Assembly (NCBI RefSeq): GCF_006345805.1
Contig: NW_021833707.1
Span: 1-56,212 of the forward strand
Direction of reading: 5' to 3'
DNA from: Octopus sinensis
Taxonomy: Eukaryota
DNA: 56,212 nt
Under the pieces are notes generated by a model. It did no database searches and was not told the DNA's origin. It worked only from the letters and a program-made list of their open reading frames with translations. A program made the translations under genes and the position numbers. Shown here in pieces: positions 1-13,195 of this stretch (position 1 is its first letter; the number at the start of each line of letters is the position of its first letter).

Positions 1-560
1 TGTGATGTGTTTAGTAATTCATACATTTGTTTCAAAATTCTCAACACATCAATCTTTCAAACACCTTCCACACACGGGTGATCCTGTACTATTTCTTTGT
101 TTCCTTTTGGGTTTTTTTTCTTTCTTTTTTCTTTATTCGCTTTTCTACAAGTAGATTTCTGATTGAAGAATGAGATTTTAGCATCGTCTGAGCTCATCCC
201 AATACTACAACTCCGTTTTGTTTCTATCATGATCGCCTGAAATATAAACTCACCTTCGTAGATAATCGATTTCTTCATAAATTTTACATTAATGGGACAA
301 GAAACTTGTTCTTGCATTTACACTTCATTTGTTAGATAATGCTCGGAATAACTTTTCGGTGATTAGGCAATCTTATGCTGCCAACATTTTACGTGGAGCT
401 GAAACTGACACGGCCTTTGTATTTAGAAAACGTTTTATAGCATTTATGACTGGCTTACAACTATTTTCTCTTTCAATTACCACTGACAATTTTCTATCAA
501 TGTTGGATTTTTACATTTTTATAATTCGCTGGCATCAGATAATGTTACATTTTTAAAGAT
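1..560 (-). pseudogene. Decayed Penelope-like retroelement ORF fragment (RT thumb end + GIY-YIG endonuclease)
   Basis: Minus strand, with stops and frameshifts, reads KSNIDRK...SHKCYKTFSKYKGRVSFSST*NVGSI...NHRKVI (PLE thumb), then KCKCKNKF/CPINVKFMKKSIIYEGE...SIGMSSDDAKISFFNQKSTCRK (ORF 57-317). This is colinear with CKC..CP..VIY..YVG..RNH..F of the intact ORF at 14769-15551. Confidence 0.75.
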
Positions 561-1294
561 TCGTTGGCTTTTGTTCTTCTAGTTACAGGAAAAATTTCCA
601 TTTTTTTTTTTTCGGGATCTGTCTATCTTACCGCGTGTCACCATTGAAATGTGACATTTTATGCAGTATTGTTAATTTTTCAACTAATAATGGTAATGCT
701 GGCATTAATTTTAAATCCAACCAAAATTTGGCCCCCGTGCTTTCCGCCCACTATAAATTATAAAATGAATTCCGCAAAAGAAAATTTTACATCACAAGTG
801 GGTAGCACTGTATCAATCACGTTATATTGCTATGGGCGATTACATCGGAAAAGCCATTTCCTCAAACATGAATTCGACCTCCACAAGAGAAGAAATCAAA
901 ATGTCACAGATTATCTAGATAGCTATGTAATATGTAAGTTAACGTGTAGACCATTTCGATATCAACTGTTCAGTAATCAAACGTAATGCATTCTACATAA
1001 ATAAGCGATTGTAATACCAGTTATGTAATTAAAAAAATACCATATATATACTTTGAAGAGAAGAGTGATTATTTGGAAATGGCTTTGAGATATGTAGGAT
1101 GTAAACAAACTGGAGCTTTGTGAGATGCTGCAATGCTGCACTGAATATCATCATCATCATTATTACCATCATCAACCGCTGGACATTACTATCTCGCGTT
1201 CTAAGGCACGTGGAACTGTTTACCTTGATTTCCGTGACTCACAAATCGCCCTCCAAATGGGACGTCAGCCTGTCGATGTTTATTAATTTTCGTC

Positions 1295-1420
1295 TGAATG
1301 GACAGAAGCAACATGAAGAATGTTGCTCAAGGACACGACGCCCCTTTCGCTCCGAGAATAGAAACCACGATCTTGCAAACGTGAGTGCAAGCCCCCGGCA
1401 ACTAGGGTACCATATACCTT
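1295..1420 (-). mobile_element. Decayed tRNA-derived SINE fragment
   Basis: Degenerate B-box-like GGTTTCTATTCTC followed by GTGTCCTTGAGCAA on the minus strand; similar to 51165-51460. Confidence 0.45.
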
Positions 1421-2615
1421 CATCTACACTGAACGACAATGATAATAAACGTCAACATAAACATATCTTTGTTGACATACGAATAGAGGATGGAACCCGC
1501 CTAAGTATGTGCTACATAACCTTTATCTAGGAAAATCACGGTTATATCAACATTCCACATGCTAAAATGTTATTTTAAACTCAGACAATTACAGGAGTAC
1601 GACCCCGTACTAAAAGGGAAATACACGCAGAGGGTAGTGATACCCCAATATGAATATACATACATATGTAAAACTTTCCAGAAGTTTATCATTTAAATAT
1701 ATACGAGCATATGTAGACATGTAAGTAAATGCATGAGAATACATACATATATACATACATAGGCATGCACATGTACATACAGAAGCACACATGCACACTG
1801 ACGAACAAGCATGCGCACATACAAAAAGAACACAGCTCCAATAACGGACAAAGTCAACAGCTCTTGAGAGGGTTGCAAAATGCAACGAAAGTTTTGGAAA
1901 ATATATATCTATAAATGAGTGGAAATCGAACCAGTGAGTGTGTTAGATAATAAGGTATTAATACAATATAGCTGAATTCAACAGAATTGACTTAAAACAG
2001 TTTAACAACTAATTGTGTCTAGAGACCCAAAGAGGGATATGACACACACATAACTGCATCAGCAGACACGGCATAACAACAAAGAAAGTTTCCCCTCCAG
2101 TGCCGCAACATTGAAGCTCACGTTCCATCACTGACCTGGCACAATAGACAATGATAACCTCCTTCCACAGACAAAGAATAAAAAACATCAAAGAAACTGT
2201 CATTGGCAATAAGCTTTCTTTCAAGATACATCCGTCGGAAGAATTCTGTTGAATATCAACAGATAAAGTTTTAGAAAGTTATTATCAATCACAGAACAAG
2301 AAAGTAGAATGGCATTATTTTCATTGCCTCATATTTCGACATACAACTTACTGTTTAACAGGACTCGTAATATTCGTCATATGCATTACAAATCTTACGT
2401 CTGTCTGTTTGTGTGTGTCTGCCTGTCTGTGTGTGTTTGCCTGTCTGTCTGTCTGTCTATGTCAGTATGTGTGTGTATGTGTGTGTGGCTGTCCCTCTGT
2501 GTATATGTGAGTGTGTTGGTCTGTCTGTCTATCTATACAGAATATAAGTATTGAGGTAGGTTATTTCGACCGCATCACTGCATTATAATGACAAATAAGT
2601 AAAAGAATGTAAAGA

Positions 2616-2685
<70 letters not shown>

Positions 2686-2690
<5 letters not shown>

Positions 2691-2958
2691 GCGGACTAGG
2701 TCTAAAAGTATTGGTAACTAGGAGACTAAGTGGGCCCACCCGCAACTGCAATGCTATTATTTAGTTTTTCTTTTTCTTTTTTGTTAAAAGTATTCTGTTC
2801 AATTATCTGCAAACACAGACAGGCTGAAATAATCAATGCATTTTCCAGAAGTGAATAAAATATTCTCGATTCTAACATGGGACCCCATATATCTATTCTA
2901 ATGGCGCAGGGGCCCAATTGCCATCGGGCAAGATCGCAACCAGGTCAGTCCACCACTG
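2686..2958. mobile_element. Non-autonomous DNA transposon (hAT-like MITE) in a (TA)n tract
   Basis: Terminal inverted repeats TAGTGGCGGACT (2686-2697) and AGTCCACCACTG (2947-2958); (TA)n on both flanks; no ORF. Confidence 0.55.
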
Positions 2959-3086
2959 TATATATATAAATACATATATATATATATATAGTAAATTCAT
3001 ATAAACGGAAATGAGAAAGGGAAAATTCTAAAGAAGGAAAAGAAGTAGCCAACTGCACGTGTGTGCGTGTGAGTAAACATACGAAA

Positions 3087-3165
3087 GCGGTTGCGTGGTA
3101 AAAGCTTGCCTCCTAACCTCATGGTTCCGGGTTCAGTACCACTGCGGGGCACCTTGGGCGAAGAC
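3087..3165 (+). mobile_element. tRNA-derived SINE head fragment (family A)
   Basis: A-box-like GGTTGCGTGG and B-box-like GGTTCAGTACC; matches the head of the full copy at 21802-22209. Confidence 0.7.
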
Positions 3166-3229
3166 AAAGGCAGGTGTATAAACAACAATTAGGTGTATTA
3201 GTTTGACGCTAGGGAAGGTGAGAAAGTTG

Positions 3230-3263
3230 TTTTACGTTTCGAGCCTACGCTCTTCTACAGAAA
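3230..3263 (-). ncRNA. Ultra-minimal hammerhead-like motif (ACGT stem III variant) in a short repeat at ~3165-3310
   Basis: Minus strand TTT-CTGTAGA-A-GAGC-GTAG-GCTC-GAAAC-GTA-AAA; the same motif recurs at 37321, 39677 and 44232. Confidence 0.5.
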
Positions 3264-4293
3264 GGAACACAGATAAAATTAAAATGTGATGTTAGCGGTC
3301 AATCATGACTGAAACTAGGAAAAGAATAAAAGAGTAACTTAATATACTATATGTATATAAAATGTGTGCGCCTTCCGTACATATGTGTGCGTATATGTGT
3401 CTATAGAAATTGAATGTCATGCAGGAACTATAATTTCAAACGATTTCCTAAATATTTGCTTGTAAAATGTTTGATTTCCTAGATGTATTAGTTTTTGGAT
3501 GTTTAATGCAGTCTGGAAGAGTTTCTTTGCTAATTACATAAATATAGCAATTAATTATTCATTAATGTTATTTAACACCGCATTTAACGACCTGTTTTAC
3601 AAGAATTTCTCAATGTTTGACTCGTTAATTATATCTAAAATTCCTTGAGCTTAACGAAATCTTTCTGGATATTTTCAACGAGATACTTGGCATGTATTTC
3701 TAATCTCATAATTTCCAATCTTCGCGCATGCGCTATCAAAGTGATATTGCATATTTTATAAATAATTGATTTAAATATTCTAATATCTATAATATTGAGC
3801 TATTTATGAATAAATGTATAGGACCTATGATATATAGTCTACATTTAATTTACTTTTGTACAACAGCCAAACATATTGCTTTTTAAAAAACTGAAGCCAT
3901 CGCTTGGCAAACGGCAATCTGGTAATTAGTAAAGCGATATTATCGTTCTAAGTAATGTTCGACAATATATCTAATAATGGTTGTCATGATATATTGCTTT
4001 GCAATAATATGACAAGGAATATGTAGATGATATGGAAATAGTTTCGATGTTCAATATAATTTATGAAACAAATAAGATTTGTTTAATCTGTTATGCTTAC
4101 AAGTATACATGTGTACACATATTTCACCATGAATATCTGTATACGTGTGTGTAACGTGTGTGTGTGTGTGTGTGTGAAGATATAAGTATGTGTGTATATG
4201 TGTCTATACAAATGTATAGAGATAAATGAATAAACATATATATATAGAGAGAGGGAAAAGGAGAGAGATATTTCGCGGCGGTCAGTTTTTTTG

Positions 4294-4741
4294 TTTGCCA
4301 AATAAACACACGCATTATATATTCGTTCTTCACCCATTTCTGTTCTTATTGTAACTCATGTTCATTATCCGGAAATATTTTGTCACTCATCTGTGACTTC
4401 CTCGGCGACACTTTCTGTCTTCGTGTGTGTTCTTGCTCTGCCTATTCCATTCTGTTCTTCCATGATATATATCGTTATATGTGCATGCGTCTGTGTTTGC
4501 ATGTGTGTGCCCGCCATCGTGCTACTGATAACGATGACACACACTAATACAGACGAAGGCGCATATAAGGATGCACATCATAGAAGAACAGAATAAGCAG
4601 AGCACACACGAAGACAAAAGTATCGCTGAGGAGGTCACAGATGAGTGACGAAAGATTTCCAGATAATGGACATGAGTTAGAATAAGAACAGTGATAAACG
4701 AGTGAAGAACGAATATATAATATGTGTGTTTATTTGGCAAA
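4294..4741. repeat. ~450-bp imperfect palindrome (foldback/MITE-like)
   Basis: TTTGCCAAATAAACACACGCATTATATATTCGTTCTTCAC... is mirrored by ...GTGAAGAACGAATATATAATATGTGTGTTTATTTGGCAAA; pairing continues inward to CATCGT/ACGATG around 4516-4536. Confidence 0.85.
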
Positions 4742-5142
4742 AAATACATCTGTTTCAACACACGGTTTCACATCAGGATTCTTGCAACACAAATTCACAA
4801 GCATACATACATATACATATATATATATTATCCTGTCAAGAGCTTATATGCGCCTTTATTAGACTATTTTTTTGGTCGTTGCACGATAATCACCATAAGC
4901 ATTATGCTTGCATAAAAATACCATATTATTATTTCAGGGTTGTGAACACGGCGCCGTATAAGAAAAAAATTCGTATATATATATATAACGCCCGGCTGAG
5001 ACTCTGACAGGTGCTGCCATTCCGAGTTCTATTGAATGATAATTAGTTTGCGATGGATTTAAGGTGGAATTTTATTGAATAAAATTTGGGCTTGTGGTAT
5101 TGCTTACACATTATTCATACATGTAGACCATTGTAATCAGGT

Positions 5143-5147
5143 GTATA

Positions 5148-5183
<36 letters not shown>

Positions 5184-5839
5184 TGTATATATGCATGTAT
5201 GTATATGTATATATATATGTATGTATATATATGTATATATATATGCATGTATATATATGTATATATATATGCATGTATATATATATGCATGTATGTATAT
5301 ATATATATATATATGCATGTATGTATATATATATATGCATGTATGTATATATATATATATGCATGTATGTATATATATATATATGCATGTATGTATATAT
5401 ATATATATGCATGTATGTATATATATATATATGCATGTATGTATATATATATATATGCATGTATGTATATATATATATGCATGTATGTATATATATATAT
5501 ATGCATGTATGTATATATATATATGCATGTATGTATATATATATATATGCATGTATGTATATCATATATATATGCATGTATGTATATAAATATATATATG
5601 CATGTATGTAATATATATATATATGCATGTATGTATATATATATATATATATGCATGTATGTAATATATATATATATATATGCATGTATGTATAGATATA
5701 TATATATGCAGGTATTGTATATATATAATATATATATGCATGTATGTATATATATATGCAGGTATGTATATATATATATATATATGCATGTATGTATATA
5801 TATATGCAGGTATGTATAATATATATATATGCATGAATG

Positions 5840-5886
<47 letters not shown>

Positions 5887-8042
5887 GCATGTATGAATGT
5901 ATATATGTATATATATATATGCATGTATATGTATATATATATATAATTGCATGTATATGTATATATATATATATATGCATGTATATGTATATATATATAT
6001 ATATGCATGTATGTATATATATATATATATTATATATTATGCATGTATGGTATGTATGTATATATATATATATATATATGCATGTATGTATATATATATA
6101 TATATATATATATGCATGTATGTTATATATTATATATATGCATGTATGTATATATATATATATATATATATGCATGTATGTATATATATATATATGCATG
6201 TATGTATATATATATATATAATGCCATGTATGTGTATATATATATATATATATGCATGTATGTGTATATATATATATATAATATGCATGTATGTGTATAT
6301 ATATATATATATATGCATGTATGTATATATATATAATGCATGTATGTGTATATATATATATATATGCATGTATGTATATATATATATATATGCATGTATG
6401 TATATATATATATATATGCATGTATGTGTATCTATATATATATGCATGTAGTATATATATATATATATGCATGTATGTATATATATATATATATATGCAT
6501 GTATGTATATATATATGCATGTATGTATATATATATATGCATGTATGTTATATAATATATATATGCATGTATGTATATATATATATATATGCATGTATGT
6601 ATATATATATATATATATGATGTATGTATATATATATATATATATGCATGTATGTATATATATATATATATATGCATGTATGTATATATATATATATATA
6701 TGCATGTATGTATATATATATATATATATGCATGTATGTATATATATATATATATATGCATGTATGTATATATATATATATATGCATGTATGTATATATA
6801 TATATATATATGCATGTATGTATATATATATATATATATGCATGTATGTATATATATAATATATATGCATGTATGTATATTATATATATATATGCATGTA
6901 TGTAATATATAATATATATATGCATGTATATATATATAATAATATATATGCATGTATATATATATATATATATATGCATGTATGTAATATCTATATATAT
7001 ATATGCATGTATGTATATATATATATATATATGCATGTATGTATATATTATATATATATGCATGTATGTATATATATATATATATATATGCATGTATGTA
7101 TATATATTTTATATATAGATGCATTATTATATATATATATATATATGCATGTATGTATATATATATATATATGACATGTATGTATAATATATATATATAT
7201 ATGCATGTATGTATATATATATATATATGCATGTATGTATATATATATATATATATATGCATGTATGTACATTATATATATATATATATGTATGTATATA
7301 ATATATATATGCATGTATGTATATATATATATATATGCATGTATGTAATATATATATATATATGCATGTATGTATAATATATATATATATATGCATGCAT
7401 GTATGTATGTATGTATATATATGTATGTATGTATGTATATATATGCATGCATGTATTTTATGTATATATATATATATGTATGAGTATATATATGCATGTA
7501 TGTATATATATATATGTATGTATGTATATAATGCATGTATGTATATATATATATATGTATGTATGTATGTATATATATATATGTATGTATGTATATATAT
7601 GCATGTATGTATATATATATATATGTATGTATGTATATATATATATGTATGTAGTATATATATATTATGTAGTATGTATATATATATATGTATGTATGTA
7701 TATATATGTATGTATGTATATATATATTATGTATGTATGTATATATATATATGTATGTATGTATATATATATATGTATGTATGTATATATATATATGTAT
7801 GTATGTTATATATATATGTATGTATGTATATATATATATGTATGTATGTATATATATATGTATGTATGTATGTATATATATATATGTATGTATGTATATA
7901 TATATATGTATGTATGTATATATATATATGTATGAATGTATGTATATATATGTATGTATGTATGTATATATATATGTATGTATGTATGTATGTATATATA
8001 TATGTATGTATGTATGTATATATATATGTATGTATGTATGTA

Positions 8043-8073
<31 letters not shown>

Positions 8074-9082
8074 ATATATATATGTATGTATGTATGTATG
8101 TATATATGTATGTATGTATGTATATATATATATGTATGTATGTATATATATATATGTATGTATGTATATATATATATGTATGTATGTATATATATATATG
8201 TATGTATGTATATATATATATGCATGTATGTATGTATATATATGCATGTATGTATGTATATATATGCATGTATGTATGTATGTATGTATATATATATATA
8301 TGCATGTATGTATGTATGTATGTATGTATATGCATGTATGTATGTATGTATATGCATGTATGTATGTATGTATATATATATATGCATGTATGTATGTATG
8401 TATATATATATATGCATGTATGTATGTATGTATATATATATGCATGTATGTATGTATGTATATATATATGCATGTATGTATGTATGTATATATATATATG
8501 CATGTATGTATGTATGTATATATATATGCATGTATGTATGTATGTATATATATATATGCATGTATGTATGTATGTATATATATATATGCATGTATGTATG
8601 TATGTATATGTATGTATGCATGTATGCATGTATGTATGTATGCATGTATGCATGTATGTATGCATGTATGTATGCATGTATGTATGCATGTATGTATGCA
8701 TGTATGTATATATATATGTATATATATATATGCATGTATGTATGTATATATATATATGCATGTATGTATGTATGTGTATGTATGTATATATATATATATG
8801 TGTATGTATATATATATATGCATGTATGTATGTATGTATATGTATGTATGTATATATATGTATGTATGTATATATGTATGTATATATATATGCATGTATA
8901 TATATATATATGCATGTATGTATGTATATATATATGCATGTATGTATGTATATATATATGCATGTATGTATGTATATATATGCATGTATGTATGTATATA
9001 TATGCATGTATGTATGTATATATATGCATGTATGTATGTATATATATATATGTATGTATATATATATATATATATATATATA
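5143..9082. repeat. ~3.9 kb compound microsatellite/minisatellite array of (TA)n-GCATGTATG and (TATG)n
   Basis: Directly visible; explains all YIYIHT/MYVC ORFs in this interval. Confidence 0.98.
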
Positions 9083-12000
9083 CACCACTACATATGCGAG
9101 CTGTCTGCGTTCCCTATAGGGATATCTTAGCTACTTCAACCTCTCCCATTTGTGCCTCTTTTATGTGGTGACAATGTTGTTACCGGACGTCTTCTCGTTA
9201 GGTCACTTCCTGTTCCGCCTTTAGTCCAACTTGATATCATGGCCATATTTTACAGTATCAATCCCACAGTCTTGAAATACATAGTTTATAGAAGTAGGTT
9301 CATTTCTAGTTTTCTCCTTCCATATGTCCTCTGAAGATATCTCGTCAGCCCTCAATATAAGTTTTCTATATTAACAGCCTATACATGTTTGTCTATTTTC
9401 AATCATACTTTTTATATATTTTAAAGTCTTTCCTAAAATCTAAGGTTATATGTATCTTCAGATAGCGCATATTTTGCATGTTTTCTTTCAAACGCTTCCA
9501 GCAAGTCACAACACATATGCGCCCTTCTTTCTCTTTTAAATCCAAATTCAACTTCTAAGGTACATACTTCCTACATATTTCCGATGACCGACGTCCTCTA
9601 CCATGTTCTGTAAAGCATCGTGACCACAGTAGTACAATCTTTATAGTAAGGTCAGGTATTGTTACTCAACTGCACACTCCCTATAATTATTTTGTGACAA
9701 GGAATGCAGTCGCCGGTCATCCACTGCTTGCTTTGACTTCAATTTTGGCTTCCTCTTTACACTTCATCACTCTGTGTTCATTGCCCTTATCTGTTATCTC
9801 TTCTCTGTACACGACCTGATACTTCTCTATATGTCGGGCAATGAAATCCCTTCATCAAAGATTCATTGACAGTACGTTAATTTTGTTTGCGACCCATTAT
9901 TTGGATGCAATGAAGGATAGTTACGAGGGAGTTAGATTAGTTTTGTGTAATTTGAACGCATTTTGTCACTAAATATTTCGTGTCCACTTCGCATAATTTC
10001 GTACATAAAATATAATTCATTATAATTTTCAATGTACGGATTCAGATGATAGCATCGGATATCAAAGCACTGTTTTAGTAATTCAGGCTTATATCCTTCA
10101 CACCTGGGATTCAAATAGTGCCCACGCATTACAGGCTTACAACGCCTACCCTAAGCGTTCACTAGACTTGCAGTAGATCTCTTAAATCCATATCCTGCAA
10201 TCTTAAACGAAGATGCACACACATGTATACATGTGTACGTGCCTGTATGTATGTGTGTGAATCTTTCATTCGATGCTTCCTTTCACAATTCTTTATTTTA
10301 CTTCTATATTCTTCTCCTGATCAAGGACTGGCGTCCCAAATATTTGACTCTTTCCCTTTTTAGTGTTAAATAAATACTATTTTTCTTAAAACCTTTCCCT
10401 CCTCTGTCTTTTTTTTATTTTGAGCATGGCCTTCCGTTTATATACAAGGAATTTTCACGCCTGGGATCCTCTTCATCAGGTGTCTGCTGTATCCGGGTAG
10501 ACAGTGAATACATAATGACGTCTAGACATACTAAAATACTCAGCAGTGCGATTTTAAATATCATTAATTGTTTTTTTTCCTGGAGTTTGCTATGAAACCA
10601 ACTATTTGTAAATAGAGATAATAATATTGTGACTAAAGGCCACATCTTAAGTAGTGTATGAATCTATTTTCTGATTTATATAGAGTTATTTATTAGAGAA
10701 ATCTTTTTAATAGGTTTTTGTATCTTCAGTTTCCATTGCACTCATCGTTGTCAGTTATATTAGTTTAGCTTCTATAATTTACTTTACAAATCGTTATTTG
10801 TTCAATATCTACGGAAGTTCGTGGCTGATGCAGCTACTATCATTATAATCGATTCTATCAACAGTAGTTCCTTCAAGTTATTTTTAGTTGTTCATTTTTC
10901 AATCACCTTCCTCTTCTTATCGATGCTAAGTTTTTTCAACAATGTAAACAAAATCAATGATTAGACATATTGTTTACAGTAGCTAATGTATCTCCTATGC
11001 AATATCCTTCAAATCACCTCTTCTCAATTTTGTTAATTGATTTTAATAGTTTTCTCAATGTTGTTATTTCAGTCTAATAGATTTTCCATTCTTGTTGGTG
11101 TCTATGTAACTAAAATACTGATTTCTAACACTGGAACGTTTTGAAATATCATATCAACTTAGTCTGTTGCCATCCTCCAGACATTTTAACCCGTAGCTCA
11201 CCATAGTATATACGGCATTTAAAGAACTGTAAAGGGGAGACAGGCCATGAAAGCCACATTTGTCCATCGCAAGATGAACCTGGCTGTAAAATGGGACTTG
11301 GTACTTTATTTTAGCAGAATATGAACAAGAGGAACATAAAATAAAGTATCTTTTTCAAAAATACAATGCACTGCTCGAGAATTGAAACCTCAACTTGACG
11401 TTTATGAACCCACGTTGCAACTTCGCAAACTTTTTGTGAGTGTAGACTTGATTATGTTCGCCCCTGTACATAATTACCGCTTTATTCTATCGACCATGAA
11501 AATATGAAGACCAAAGGTGACTCCGATACGATTTACACAGACTTTATGCAAGCTCTTCATTAAATACCGCTTGACATTTTGTTCGACACCCTCACGAAAC
11601 TGCCAGATAACCCCATCTCTTTTCCCTAATTTAAATTCTGATATATGATTTTTTATATGATGTACCTTTTTTGATTAGTTTTTTTCCTTCCATCAATTCG
11701 TTTTTAATGAGATCTTGGGGATTTGGAGATTTTTTTAATTCCAAACTGTTTCCTTTTTCTTCTATTCAACAACGATTACTACACGGAGATTAACAAGTTC
11801 ATTTTAAATCTAATTTAATAAGATTATATCGTAAGTCTTTTAGCAAGTAAGCTGCGAACATCTAAGAAACAAAACCATCTAGCCTACCTTTGCACTATTA
11901 TTAAAATATAAAAAATAATCGACTTTCACCAATATTTCCTATTATAACAATCACTTTGCACATTATGCTAAATAAAATTTTTCACCGTTTTATATCTTTT

Positions 12001-12623
12001 TCAAAGCCTATGTAAGACTGCCACTTATTCTTTAAACGCAATACGTTGTTTACCCATCACAACGTGACTGGAATTTTTCATATCGAAACTATTTCACACT
12101 TTCATTCTGTGACTAGATTCTCATTTTAGTTTCTCTTGAAGTATTTTTCTTTAAAGACACTATTTTATTCTTTTGCTGTATTCGACATCATTTTTAGTTG
12201 ATAACATTTACACAATTGCCTTGCATGTAAGTTACATATTTTATTGAGAAGCTGGAAGCAATTTCGTCGTTTTTAATTCAAAGTAGATAACCTCAACGTC
12301 GATAAAAAGCGCTGTACTTTACTCCACGCATACTTATTTGTATTTATACAAATAAATAGATAGATAGATTGATAGATAGATGAAGAGATATATACATATA
12401 CATATTTGAGAATGGCTATAGATATGTGTGCATGAAACGCACTGACATCGTCAAACGAATAAAATTTACAGGACAGTGCATTTGGTCCCGATATGATTTG
12501 GTTCTGAATCAGAGTTTTAGCTACACAGTTCTTGCTCTGACTCCTTTTGCATGTTTTGTACACTCCTCTTATACATGCATGCATACACACATATATGTAT
12601 ATACACATATCTATATATTATAT

Positions 12624-12672
<49 letters not shown>

Positions 12673-12677
<5 letters not shown>

Positions 12678-13030
12678 CAGAATGAGATAACAAATCCGAG
12701 GCTGTGAGGAGTTTTCTGAACATTTATAATATAATTTTCTCACAGCTATTTCTGGGATATTATGGATGTCCCTTCATCAGAGACGGTGTAAGGAAATATC
12801 TGAGTTCGAATTATTGTCGAAAAGGAGGAGACAGGGAATAGAGAGGGACATAAGAGAATTAAAGTAGAAATAAGATATATTAAGATATTGTATTTGCATG
12901 CTAATACAAGAACCACATTAACCTCCTCACTCGTATCATTATCAAACCAGGAATTTAACTACGATCTATCCATAGCACTTATCATTACCTGACACTCTTT
13001 AGGTCTTCTAGATACCAATACATCTCATAC
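12673..13030 (-). mobile_element. Probable PLE terminal (pseudo-LTR) fragment between two (TA)n tracts
   Basis: Starts directly after (TA)n; contains a degenerate minimal hammerhead and a purine-rich tract, like the arms of the large element. Confidence 0.5.
12738..12783 (-). ncRNA. Degenerate minimal type I hammerhead ribozyme
   Basis: Minus strand TCT-CTGATGA-A-GGGACAT-CCATA-ATATCCC-A-GAAA-T-AGCT-G-TG-AGA: stem I TCT/AGA, stem II GGGACAT/ATATCCC, palindromic AGCT loop. The triplet is GUG, which is non-canonical. Confidence 0.6.
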
Positions 13031-13195
13031 ATATATATATATATATTATATATATATATATATATATTCAAAAAGCAATAAAGATTCAAGTTAATTTAAA
13101 TGAATTTACTTGAATATGGTACCTAACTTAGATGCACCAAAAAAAAAAAAAAAACTATACTGTTTTAACAATACAGTAATGTGGGGTGATTATAA

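Noticed and set aside
5075-9171. Dozens of long ORFs up to 645 aa
   Set aside because: Translations of TA/TATG/GCAT repeats, which lack stop codons; open in all six frames.
9340-9830. Traces of a LINE ORF2 C-terminus on the minus strand (LEAFERK)
   Set aside because: Too few motifs to call by eye; needs a translated search.
10313-10490. CTGATCA-AGGAC-TGGC-GTCC-CAAA (+) and a CTGATGA...GAAA on the minus strand
   Set aside because: The first has both core boxes mutated and the second lacks a convincing stem II; possibly relic hammerheads but not supportable.
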